Assembly (NCBI GenBank): GCA_965248435.1
Contig: OZ252100.1
Location: 1,088,001-1,152,000 of the forward strand
Reading direction: 5' to 3'
Source: Candidatus Latescibacterota bacterium
GTDB lineage: Bacteria > Latescibacterota > UBA2968 > GCA-2709665
DNA length: 64,000 bases
The notes below the pieces were generated by a model. The model was not told the DNA's origin, did no database searches, and saw nothing but the letters and a program-made list of their open reading frames with translations. Made by a program: the position numbers and the translations under genes. Shown one piece after another: positions 21,038 to 30,507 of the stretch (within the stretch, counting starts at the first letter, position 1; each line of letters opens with the position of its first letter).

Positions 21038-21741
21038 TTGATTCGCTCCTCATATTCCACGATGGCCTGTTCCTGCTCATCGGACTCCACTGAGCCGGGG
21101 CGTTTCTCCCGGACATCCTGAAGTGCCATTTGCGCGGGCTGGCCACAGTAGACCAGATAGCAGGTCAGCATCGTTCCGGTCCGGCCGTATCCGCCCAAAC
21201 AGTGCACACCCACAGGTTTATTCTCGAGCAGTCTTTCGTCAATGTACTCCACGAACTGGTCAATCTGGTCGGGGGTTGGGGCCTTCCTATCTGGTATGGG
21301 CAGGTGCAATACCTCAAATCCCATCGCGCTCAGGGTTTCGCCATCAAGCGGGGTTTCTGTAAGAGAAACGAGAGTATGAATACCCTGCTCCCGGAGGAAG
21401 GACAGGTCCGCTTCAAGACGTTTCGTGGACAGATCGAACCTATCCAGAGATCCGCCATCACTTCCGAATCCCTCGCGATAGCCGGCAAGGATACCCCAGA
21501 TGTCTCTGAACTTTTTATAGAGATCCAGCATTCGCTGGTCCAATTGAAGCGCACCGCTCGCCTTAATCCCAATCCGTTTCGCGAGCTTTTGCCTGTCCGA
21601 AGAGAGGGAAGGTGAAAACCAGAGCCAGGAGAGGAACCGTCGCTCGTGTGGCAGCATTTCACCTGCCAACTCGAGTCCACATCCCGGGCGACCGATGCCG
21701 GCCAAACACCCTTTCGTGATCCACTCAAAATTATGCGGCAT
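21034..21741 (-). CDS. Dual-specificity protein phosphatase family protein
   Basis: P-loop 'VHCLGGYGRTG', 'HLPIPDRKAP', 'VREKRPGSVE'. Confidence 0.88.
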   Translation of the reverse strand: MPHNFEWITKGCLAGIGRPGCGLELAGEMLPHERRFLSWLWFSPSLSSDRQKLAKRIGIKASGALQLDQRMLDLYKKFRDIWGILAGYREGFGSDGGSLDRFDLSTKRLEADLSFLREQGIHTLVSLTETPLDGETLSAMGFEVLHLPIPDRKAPTPDQIDQFVEYIDERLLENKPVGVHCLGGYGRTGTMLTCYLVYCGQPAQMALQDVREKRPGSVESDEQEQAIVEYEERIK

Positions 21742-21745
21742 GCAG

Positions 21746-24178
21746 TTACTCCTGAATTTTGAACCTCGCGATGGCCCTGGCACTCTTGCCGCTGTTCTCG
21801 TCCGTAACCTTGATCCTCAACAGCTGACGACCCGGCTCCGATCGAGACATATCCAGCTCCAGATATCCCTGCTCATCAGACTCAGAGCCGATCTGTTCGT
21901 ACTCGATCGTTATAATGCCGCGCTCTTCGCGCTGGTCGAGCAGGTTACCGAATCCTCCAAGGATGCGGGCCCCGATTGACTTCCGTTCCAGCGACCGAAC
22001 CTCATACGACACGCGATACTTCGTGGCTCCGAACTCATCCTGCTTGAGGTTGTAAATCTCATAATAGATGAAAACCGGCTGGCCTGGCAGATAGGCCTTC
22101 GATGCCATAGGAACAACAGCAATGTCTCCCTTCTGGAATCGCCCTTGATCTGCGACTTCGATCGCGCCGGCCAGCTCGATATCGCTCAGCATGAGCGATT
22201 CGCCACCGTATCCCTTCACGATCCTGTTCTGACTGTAAACCTGCGATTTCCCGGAACTCCGATCCATAACCTGCACTGCCAGGCGATAGCTACCCGGCGA
22301 GAGTTCGACCCGGTCCATTTCCGGGATGAATGCCCCCGCGGACTTCTCCACATCCCCCCTCACGAGCAGGGGCATGTCGTGGCTCACCCGGTGCACTTCC
22401 CTGTCGGATGCGTCGTAGATGGCCACGCCTCGCTCGAGATGGACGCTCTGTGCACCGTCCTCTGTGGGCACAACCGTAAGATCCTTCATCGGAATACCGA
22501 AGTAGATCTCCAGCCCACTCTCCTTCTCTTTTCCCTTGAACGCGGCCGTGTAGAAGTAGAACTCGAGTATACCAGAGACAAAGTCAGGTTCGTACGTATT
22601 CGGCGTCTTGAGCGCCACCCGCTGGACGACGACCTCGGGGTTCATCGCGCGCCAGATCTGCGCTGTTCGGTCTGTCCCTAGTGGCATCCTCGCGTACTCG
22701 TAGGATCCGCTCTGCCCTCGCTGTACGAATGTCACCTCGATCCCGGGTCCCACATCGGCATAGATCCAGTACTCCCAGGATGCGTGATCGGCGACAGGGT
22801 AGACGGGCCACCCGAGGATCGTTGCCGTTCTCAGCCTGGACTCCTCCACGATCTGCTGACCTGACCGCCCCTCCTCCTCCCCCTCCGGATCCTCGTCAAC
22901 CGAGAGCCTCCCTTCTGCTACGAATCCCGCCCGTCTCGTCATCCTCTCCCGGTCTCGGATCAACTGGGGAATCGCCTCTCCCGCGCGGTGGATCAGGCGG
23001 TCTTTGAGGGCAACCAGCTTGGGGTCCCGCTCAAGTCGTATGTCCTTCAAACGGCTCACGTGATCCGGTTCCCCGTACCGGATATAGGCCTTACCCCTGT
23101 CGTCCCAGGGATAGGTTGCGGAACCGTAGTGCTCCCTTGCGTGGGCGACCCGGCGATAATGCTCCAACAGCCGTTCGTTCGCTTCTGTCACAGGGGCTGG
23201 GTCTCGATCCCTCCAGAACGTTTCCGAAATCGCCTTTCGTTCCTCTTCAGATGCCGCTTCGAAGCGCTGAAGCTCCCTTCCTCCGGCCACGAGTCTCAAG
23301 TCGGCATAGAGCGCCTGCTCTTTCGGGTCCAATGCTTCGATGTAGGTTTCGAACAAAGACTGGGAACGGTCGAAATCCCGCCGGTCCTGATGGACCGAAG
23401 CCAGCTCAAGCACCGCGTGACGCCGATACGGATTGGGTGTCACGGCAACCCCTTCGAGCACTGCCGCCGCCTCGTCGTTTCGACCCTGGTGGTTCAGCAC
23501 GACACCCAGCCGAAGCTGGGCGCCAAAGTGCGCTGGATGCACATCGACCTGCCGCCTGTAGGCGGTTTCCGCTTTCGAGAACTCTTCAGCCGCTTCGTGG
23601 ATGCGCCCGAGCTGAAACAGGGCGTCTGGGTGATCGGGATCGATCTTCAGTACGTCTTGGTACGCACCAAGGGTCTCGCTGCTCACATACTGCTGAAAGG
23701 TCTGCGCCAGGTTGTACTGCGCTTCCGCGTAGGCCTTGTCAGATCGAAGGGCGTCCCGGAAGAACCCGATCGCCTTCCGAAGCCCCTTGTCTTTCTCCCG
23801 GTAGACCAGCCCCAGGCCGTTGAAGGCCGGCGCGAATTTCTTCTGTTTGCGCAGCGCCTGCCTGAAGGCCTTTTCTGCTTCCTTTAAGTTTTTCTGTTGC
23901 AGGTGGATATGACCCAAGCCGACGTACGACTGCGCGTGCCTGTCGTGGATCCCGATGGCTTTTCGGAACCGATCAGCGGCCTCACCAAGCTGCTCCGCCT
24001 CCTGAAGCGCGAGGCCTTCCTTATAGAGGGCCTCGGCACGGGCCTCTGTTGAGTCCTCTGAAGCTGTGCTCACGGGAACAGCTAGCCAGACGACGATGAA
24101 AGCGGTAGATCGGTATAGCCCTAACAACAGGCACCTCCAACATTGTCGTGTTCGAGACTCGACGCGATCCCCATCCAA
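21746..24178 (-). CDS. TPR + GWxTD-domain protein
   Basis: N-terminal TPRs; 'FWRDRDP.P.TEANERLLEHYRRV', 'PWDDRGKAYIRYGEPD'. Confidence 0.85.
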   Translation of the reverse strand: MDGDRVESRTRQCWRCLLLGLYRSTAFIVVWLAVPVSTASEDSTEARAEALYKEGLALQEAEQLGEAADRFRKAIGIHDRHAQSYVGLGHIHLQQKNLKEAEKAFRQALRKQKKFAPAFNGLGLVYREKDKGLRKAIGFFRDALRSDKAYAEAQYNLAQTFQQYVSSETLGAYQDVLKIDPDHPDALFQLGRIHEAAEEFSKAETAYRRQVDVHPAHFGAQLRLGVVLNHQGRNDEAAAVLEGVAVTPNPYRRHAVLELASVHQDRRDFDRSQSLFETYIEALDPKEQALYADLRLVAGGRELQRFEAASEEERKAISETFWRDRDPAPVTEANERLLEHYRRVAHAREHYGSATYPWDDRGKAYIRYGEPDHVSRLKDIRLERDPKLVALKDRLIHRAGEAIPQLIRDRERMTRRAGFVAEGRLSVDEDPEGEEEGRSGQQIVEESRLRTATILGWPVYPVADHASWEYWIYADVGPGIEVTFVQRGQSGSYEYARMPLGTDRTAQIWRAMNPEVVVQRVALKTPNTYEPDFVSGILEFYFYTAAFKGKEKESGLEIYFGIPMKDLTVVPTEDGAQSVHLERGVAIYDASDREVHRVSHDMPLLVRGDVEKSAGAFIPEMDRVELSPGSYRLAVQVMDRSSGKSQVYSQNRIVKGYGGESLMLSDIELAGAIEVADQGRFQKGDIAVVPMASKAYLPGQPVFIYYEIYNLKQDEFGATKYRVSYEVRSLERKSIGARILGGFGNLLDQREERGIITIEYEQIGSESDEQGYLELDMSRSEPGRQLLRIKVTDENSGKSARAIARFKIQE

Positions 24179-24260
24179 ACGGAGAACCGAACCTCTTACC
24201 GAATTTTTATGATAAACAAATCCGGTCTCAGAAACAAGCCGTGGGGCAGCGACGCCTTAA

Positions 24261-25253
24261 CTAAGCTAAGAAGCGTATGGATCCTGCGTCAGATTCGATC
24301 CATTCAATCAAATGGGAATAAGCCTCAATCCAGGCCAAAGCCTGATCGTTGGCCCGCTCGAGAAGACCGATCTTCAGCCAAAGGGTCAGCCCGCGAACCA
24401 GGGAAAGGGTCAAGACGTCGGGGAGAAGTCTGGCCTCTTCTTCGGTCAGACCCGCGGTTTGATGATACGTTTGCAGAAATGTGATGCGATCCTCAGGACC
24501 GAGCGGCGAACTGCCAATCACGGCTTGAAAGAACAAAACAGCGTATGCAGTATCGAACAGCCTTGGGGCAGGTCGAGCACCGTCCAGATCCAGGATACCC
24601 GAGATCTCAGGACCCTTGAACAAAAGATTCTGACCCCGAAAATCACCGTGAATGATCGCCCTTGGCAGCGATCCGAGTTCGTCCATGTTCAGATCGTTGA
24701 CGACTCGGTGAAGGAGACAACGCAACTGCTTTCCTTCGCTCGGCAGTCGACTCATGTCGTCGGCCCCAAGATCATTCCAGATTTTGCTGGCAGCTTCGCA
24801 CAAATCGTCTGTGAAAGATGACGATGAATGTCCAGATGGCGGCATTTCGGAGGTAGCGAGGTGCATCTGTCCCAGTAGGTCAGCCGCCGCGTTCAATTGG
24901 CTTACATCTCCCGGAACGTAGCTCTCTCCCTCCAGGAAGGGCCAGAGCAGGAGGACGTGTCCCTCGACGGACAACAGCGTGGATCCATCCAGGCCCTGAA
25001 TCGGCAGGGGCGCCGGGAATCCTGCAGAACCGAGGTGCTCGCTCACCGAGACGCCGAATGCAAGCTGCTTGGCATTCACCTCTTTCTCCTGATAAACCTT
25101 CAGCAGCCAATCGCCACCCTGGCCTGACAATCTCGCAGTCGTGCTGAAATATCCTTGTTTGACCTGTTCGATCTCTACCGTCAGGCCGTAACGCTCTGTT
25201 ACAAACTGCCTCAGACGATGCTCAGAAAGATTCAACTTGCTTTGATAAGGCAC
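24261..25253 (-). CDS. Phosphotransferase (APH / homoserine kinase type II family)
   Basis: 'LLKVY', Brenner motif 'IIHGDFRGQNLLF', 'ILDLD'. Confidence 0.85.
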   Translation of the reverse strand: MPYQSKLNLSEHRLRQFVTERYGLTVEIEQVKQGYFSTTARLSGQGGDWLLKVYQEKEVNAKQLAFGVSVSEHLGSAGFPAPLPIQGLDGSTLLSVEGHVLLLWPFLEGESYVPGDVSQLNAAADLLGQMHLATSEMPPSGHSSSSFTDDLCEAASKIWNDLGADDMSRLPSEGKQLRCLLHRVVNDLNMDELGSLPRAIIHGDFRGQNLLFKGPEISGILDLDGARPAPRLFDTAYAVLFFQAVIGSSPLGPEDRITFLQTYHQTAGLTEEEARLLPDVLTLSLVRGLTLWLKIGLLERANDQALAWIEAYSHLIEWIESDAGSIRFLA

Positions 25254-25273
25254 CTATTCCCCCGGTCTTGATA

Positions 25274-26164
25274 TCAAAACCTTTCCGACACATCCGCCTT
25301 GAGAAATTCCAAAAACATATCAGCCGCCTGAGACAGCCGGCCCCCGGCTCGTCTTACCACACCCACTTTCCGCATCGGGAGATCCTTTACTCGCGCAGTT
25401 GCAAGTTTATCGCTCTGAATCTCTGAACTGACGGCCACCTTCGGCACGATGGCGATGCCTAATCCAATCTCTACGAACCGTTTGATCACCTCTATGCTTC
25501 CGAGTTCCATAGCGACCTCGGGGACAACACCTGCATCCAGGAAGGATCGGTCCATCAACGCTCGGCTCGTACTGCCGCGTTCAAGCACGAGCAGTGGACG
25601 TGCCCCGAGGTCCTTCAGCGCGACCGTGCCCTTTCCAGCGATGGAGTGACCGTGAGGGAAAATCGCCACATCTTCGCGATCGAAAAGCGGATAACTTTCC
25701 AGCCGAGGCTCTGCGACAGGAAGTGTAGCCAGGCCAAAATCGACAACGCCATCCAGCACGAGCTGTGCTACCCCTGGCGACATCCTGTCCATAAGGCGAA
25801 TCTCTACACCGGGGTAGGCCCCCCGAAAAGCCGTAACGGAGTAGGGCAGGACATAGGCGCAATTCGTGTCGCTTGCGCCGACCGAAACCCGACCTACGCG
25901 GAGTTCTCTCAAGGCAGACACTTCCTGTCTCGCGGACTCGACCGCATCAAAGATCTCCTCCGCCTTCCGAAGGAGCAGGCGGCCGGCCTCGGTCAGGATG
26001 ACCTGCTTCCCGCTTCGCTCGAACAGCCTTTCACCCAGTTCCTCCTCGAGCGCCTTGACCTGCAAACTCACGGCCGGCTGAGTCAGGAAGAGCTTCTTGG
26101 CAGCACGGGTAAAACTCTTCTCCCGTGCCGTTTCAAAGAAGCCCCTTAGCTGATCGAGATCCAT
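25274..26164 (-). CDS. LysR family transcriptional regulator
   Basis: 'SFTRAAKKLFLTQPAVSLQVKALEEELGERLFER' HTH. Confidence 0.95.
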   Translation of the reverse strand: MDLDQLRGFFETAREKSFTRAAKKLFLTQPAVSLQVKALEEELGERLFERSGKQVILTEAGRLLLRKAEEIFDAVESARQEVSALRELRVGRVSVGASDTNCAYVLPYSVTAFRGAYPGVEIRLMDRMSPGVAQLVLDGVVDFGLATLPVAEPRLESYPLFDREDVAIFPHGHSIAGKGTVALKDLGARPLLVLERGSTSRALMDRSFLDAGVVPEVAMELGSIEVIKRFVEIGLGIAIVPKVAVSSEIQSDKLATARVKDLPMRKVGVVRRAGGRLSQAADMFLEFLKADVSERF

Positions 26165-26223
26165 GTCGACTAATCCGAGAAACAACGACGCGTATGTGAA
26201 TAAATTGAATTAATGCTTAAAGT

Positions 26224-26252
26224 ATGTTATGCCCTGCAGCGGACTGTGTCAA
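26224..26252 (-). promoter_or_regulatory. sigma70-type promoter for the LysR gene
   Basis: Minus strand TTGACA-N17-TAACAT. Confidence 0.6.
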
Positions 26253-26313
26253 CACGTGAGATAAAAGGAAGCCATCCTTGACTCGAGACCATGCCGTCCG
26301 TCGACTGCCAACC

Positions 26314-26352
26314 AAAAAAAAGGGTGGATTCCATATGATGGGATCCACCCTT
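26314..26352 (-). terminator. Intrinsic terminator
   Basis: Minus strand aagggtggatccc-atcatat-ggaatccaccc followed by a T8 run. Confidence 0.85.
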
Positions 26353-26501
26353 CGCGGCTTCCGACGCATCCGAACACCCGCTCTACTCCTCCCCCTCTCC
26401 CCCTCGAAGAAGAGAAAAAGTGGGCGAGGATGCTGGAAGCGCTTCTATATCAAAGTTTCTGCGATTAGTGCGGGACGTTTAGACGACTCTCCCAGATCTG
26501 T

Positions 26502-26816
26502 TCAGTTCCTCCTTTCTCCGAGCTCATCGAGGATGTTCAACCAGCGCGTTTCATATTCGGCAAGTGCGGCCTTCCAGGCCCTCGGGGCACAGAGTCCTCT
26601 CTGCAATTCAAGGGCCCTGACATCTATGGTCTGCTCAGCCACTTCGACCTCTGTTAGAACCTCCGGGTCAAGCGAATCGATGCTACGATCGCTGAGCTCG
26701 TTAGAGATTCGGTCTACGACCCTCCGGAACTCGTCACTGAGCTCTGTGAGGGCGGCGTGATTGGCAGAGTAAGTTTCCATGATCGGCTCCCGAAAGGCAT
26801 TTTGATCGGCTGACAT
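26502..26816 (-). CDS. Small acidic helical hypothetical protein (104 aa)
   Basis: ATG preceded by AAGGGTGA and a near-consensus promoter; downstream terminator. Confidence 0.7.
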   Translation of the reverse strand: MSADQNAFREPIMETYSANHAALTELSDEFRRVVDRISNELSDRSIDSLDPEVLTEVEVAEQTIDVRALELQRGLCAPRAWKAALAEYETRWLNILDELGERRN

Positions 26817-26840
26817 ATCGAAGGATTCACCCTTGCAAAT

Positions 26841-26869
26841 AGTATACTAAACAGATGTTCAGGTGTCAA
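26841..26869 (-). promoter_or_regulatory. sigma70 promoter with a LexA (Cheo)-like box in the spacer
   Basis: TTGACA-cctGAACATCTGTTTag-TATACT, 17-nt spacer. Confidence 0.7.
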
Positions 26870-27003
26870 GGGTGACTTTTCATTTTAATTGAAATCAATT
26901 AAATATGTATCACATTGATAATAATATAAATATATGGTTTTATTAAACTCGATTCTGGGAGTTCACGACCTGCAGGTAGGAAATCGGTCCAGAGTCAGGA
27001 AAC

Positions 27004-27190
27004 AAAAAAACCCCTTTCCCGATCCAGGGGCTTTTTGGTGGGAGGGAAATCCAAAAAGCGTGCTCGGGAAAAGGGCCGTCTTCAGCCCTTATACGCCCCG
27101 GAGTAGGCCGGGGTTGCATAAAAACAGGATCCCCGGCCATCCCACCCCTAATATGTCCGAGGATCCCAATTGGGCCATCCCATAGCCCCA
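27004..27190 (-). ncRNA. Candidate ~185-nt structured small transcript, possibly encoding a 29-aa peptide (27089-27178)
   Basis: TTGACA-N17-TATATT promoter at 27195-27223, several hairpins, long terminator hairpin followed by T7. Confidence 0.55.
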
Positions 27191-27328
27191 CCAAAATATA
27201 CAACGTCCTATGCTTTTTGTCAACAGGGATTTACGCCCATAACCGCCTGACTCCCTCCCCGGATAGGGTGGTATCACCCTTCCCTGTCATCCCGGGCCTG
27301 AACGGCCGAGTTCCGAGGTCAAATTCCT

Positions 27329-28658
27329 TCAGGCGGCCTCCATCTCCCTGAACCGTCGCCCAACATACCTCACAGCCGTCAGCCACAAGGTAAGGATCAC
27401 CAGGGTGAGCAAAGACAGCCAGCGAAGGCTGCCAAACCCCGAAGCCAGGGTCGTAATCAAAAGGCTTAGACCAACAGCGACCGCCTTCGCGAATCGCTGG
27501 ACGAACATATCGATAAACGCTTTGGCCTTGTATTTTTCCTCCCTGCTGGTCGGTACATAAAGCACCTCTTTGGCCGACTGATTGATGGAATAGCTGAATC
27601 CGTTGTCACACGTATTCAACGCACTCCCCAATAGGAGCACGGGCGCCACGAAAAACCCGGCCGAGCCCAGCAAGGCAGCAACGGGCAAGAACAACAACGC
27701 GACCCCGACCCCGAAGCGGGTCATCACAAAGCTCGTCAAAAACAGCTGAACGAAAAGCGCGATCCAGTTCGTAAACGCAAATACCGATGCAAAATGCGCC
27801 CCGATTTCCGGTCCATCGAGATAGTGGGATACCGTTGCCGAAAACTGAAAGTCCATAATCGTAGATACCATCTCGTAGAGCCCCACGATGGCTACGATGG
27901 AAAGCAGGTATGTCGATCTGAAGACCAGCCTGGCGCCTTCAAAGGCCGGATTGCCTCCTGGTACCACGGATTCCGGCTCCGCCTCCGTGGCTGGGAGGTT
28001 CCCCGCAACCCTCCGGCCCACCAGCGACGCAATTACCGCGATCAAAGCCGATTCCCAGACAGACCCACAGCCACTCGGACATACTCAGTTCTTCTACCTT
28101 GGTCCTAAGCATGGTCGAACCGAAGGTACCCCCCAGCACGCCGCCGAGTCCGATCACACCGTAGAGGCGCTTGGCTTCATCGGGTACCACGCTGTCGTTC
28201 AGGAACGCAAAGAAGGTGGCGACCATAATCGTACTGTAGAGATCGCCGAAAAGATAGAATGTCCACACCGTAAAATCCCCGGGGGCATCCAACACGAAGC
28301 TGTAGAGTAAATAACAGACAGCAAAAAACGCTGAAAAGATATACGTCAGCTTTTCCCGCTGGAAAAAACGCACGAGCACGGTAAACACGGTCACGGCCAC
28401 GAAGGCCACTCCCATATTCAGCACCTTCGCGATCAGCTCCGCCTGTGCCGCGTCCAGATGCCAGGCCATCAGATCAAACCCAGTCTGATCGTAATACCCG
28501 ATGAAAAGGCCCTTCTTGAGGGGCTTCAAGATCCAGAACGTGGTTATCACCAAGAAAAAATAGAGAAACATCAAAATCGCCAGGGGTGCCTCTTCCCGGC
28601 GGATGTCAAGAATTTGCCTTAGGGGGTTGCTGGACTGGGCCAAAATAGCTCCTATCAA
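27329..28658 (-). pseudogene. NTT/TLC-family (Npt1-like) ATP/ADP translocase, split by a single frameshift near 28045
   Basis: 'FWILKPLKK.LF', 'EAKRLYG.IG.GG.LG', 'YSINQSAKEVLYVPTSREEKYKAKAFIDMFVQRFAK'; removing one T in ggcTTTgatc joins the two ORFs. True lesion or sequencing error. Confidence 0.82.
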
Positions 28659-28778
28659 CGAATCGAGTTCAGGTTACTGTCGTTTATTCCTTCAGCCTTT
28701 ACTCATCAATCTTGAATCTTCAATCCGCAATTTGCAACGGTTCCGGTACCCGTGTTTTGGTTTCCCGGTACCCTGTTT

Positions 28779-30470
28779 CTAGCTCTCTCGCTCCACGCGC
28801 ACGATTTGATACCGCCCCTGCTGCCACGCATAAAAGTAAACGTTCGTCGCCTTGCCCCAACCCGACCTACCCGGTCGCCTTGCTTGAATCCTGAACCCAT
28901 AGTATTTCCGTGGTGGCAACTCGGCTGGCACTTTCAGCGTAACTTCACCTCGATGCATTCCTATCGGACCTACGGGGTTGCCTTCTGCATCGATCAGCGT
29001 GTATCGATACGTTGTCCCTTCGGCTGAAGCCAAGTTTCCATTCACGGCCTGATCCTCAAACCGAAGTCCATCCGGATCTATCCAGAATTTATCCAACGGG
29101 TTGATTTTGTCAAACCAGTACTTGCCGATCATATCTCGCCGCTCGATCAACAGCCGCGTCAACTCGGCGGTGGCGTCAGGGTTGGAATAGTGCCCGGTCT
29201 GAACCATGGCCGCGATCTCTTCATCAGAGAACGACATGACGATCTTGGCTCCCCAATAGCCGTCTCGTGCTGTGCATCGTTCGAATGCAGGGTTGGGATA
29301 GGTCGGAACCCACCTGCCCGGCCGGAACGTCTCGTTCTCAAAGTAGCCGAGTTCCGGATATTTCATTGGAAGGGGCTCGTCCCACGCCTTCCGGTAGAGC
29401 CCGAGAGAAATCAACGATAGTCCAACCGTTCGGGCATCCCATAAGTACTCGTTTCCGTATTTGGGCTTGTGCGGCATCAGATTGTTGCTTCCGAAGGTCG
29501 ACCCCATATCAATGATATAGTGTTTCAGATAGCGTCGCCCTTCCTCATCGGCTACGTACATGTCCAGCGTGTTGGCGGCCCGCCGGTCCGCGTCGTTCAT
29601 CCAGGAACCGATCACCCGCAGCCCCCTGAGTTCCCTGCGATGCTGGTGCCTTACCCGGTCGTTTGGGTCGTCCCTTCGCTTGCTGTGATAGTTGAACACA
29701 CCCGCGGGGATGCCGCTCAGGAATCTGCTGGCTACACACCGCAGTCGGCCGTCCGACTGCGGGATGATGTTATCCAGGGTGCCCCGCACGTCAGACCGAT
29801 TCATCGATCGCTTTCCACCCCGACCGTCCGGCACCCTCGCCTTCCGTCCAATCTCTAGAATGGCCGGGTCGAAGGTAACGACGGAGTTTGACGGAACGTT
29901 GTAACCGGCCGCGTGGAGGATCTTTGTCGCAATCACCTCGGCGGCCGAACCCATCTCGTTGTTCCCCTCAGAATCGAACTTGAGCAGGAACAGCGCGCCT
30001 TTTGGATCTCTGATCGTGAACCCGGCCGTGCCGCCTTCGAATTTTCCAGCCACAATCTCCCAGGACCCGCTGGTGTCCGGCTGGGCAAGGCCGGGCCCGC
30101 GCCTCAGTTCATCCAGGCTCATCCGCTCTAGGAAGTGACGATTCGTAAACCAGGAGGAGTTGGGCACCTCGTCCAATGCGTTCACATTGTCCGCTTCCTG
30201 CACGGGCGCAACCCCCAGGATGTTGCCTGTACGTCGGGCGGTCCAGCCCAGGTCGAGCAGCTTGCCGAATTCGTAGAACAGTGTGTGATCGATCACGTCC
30301 CAAATCTGGTTCTCTTCCATCTCTTCGGGCTCTGGAATATGCCGGTTGTCTGGATCCGCCCACTTGATCGGGTCTGTAGTCAACTTCGGGCTGCTGGCGC
30401 AGCCGCTCAGCAGAAGCAAACACAGCACGCTCCAGTACGTGCTCACCGTTCGGTCAAACGCTGATCTCAT
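28779..30470 (-). CDS. Lipoprotein with atypical kinase-like (PI3K/PI4K/HipA-type) motifs
   Basis: Lipobox LSG-C; 'EGGTAGF', 'LLKFD', 'SAAEV', 'NDADRRAAN', 'IIDMGSTFG'. Confidence 0.7.
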   Translation of the reverse strand: MRSAFDRTVSTYWSVLCLLLLSGCASSPKLTTDPIKWADPDNRHIPEPEEMEENQIWDVIDHTLFYEFGKLLDLGWTARRTGNILGVAPVQEADNVNALDEVPNSSWFTNRHFLERMSLDELRRGPGLAQPDTSGSWEIVAGKFEGGTAGFTIRDPKGALFLLKFDSEGNNEMGSAAEVIATKILHAAGYNVPSNSVVTFDPAILEIGRKARVPDGRGGKRSMNRSDVRGTLDNIIPQSDGRLRCVASRFLSGIPAGVFNYHSKRRDDPNDRVRHQHRRELRGLRVIGSWMNDADRRAANTLDMYVADEEGRRYLKHYIIDMGSTFGSNNLMPHKPKYGNEYLWDARTVGLSLISLGLYRKAWDEPLPMKYPELGYFENETFRPGRWVPTYPNPAFERCTARDGYWGAKIVMSFSDEEIAAMVQTGHYSNPDATAELTRLLIERRDMIGKYWFDKINPLDKFWIDPDGLRFEDQAVNGNLASAEGTTYRYTLIDAEGNPVGPIGMHRGEVTLKVPAELPPRKYYGFRIQARRPGRSGWGKATNVYFYAWQQGRYQIVRVERES

Positions 30471-30507
30471 ACCCCTTCTTTACCTCCACGCCTTGAACAC
30501 GAAAGGC

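Noticed and set aside
26870-26950. AT-rich stretch as a replication origin
   Set aside because: No DnaA boxes and no dnaA/dnaN context; more likely an upstream promoter element or regulator-binding region
28040-28050. Programmed ribosomal frameshift in the translocase
   Set aside because: No slippery heptamer or long homopolymer, only TTT
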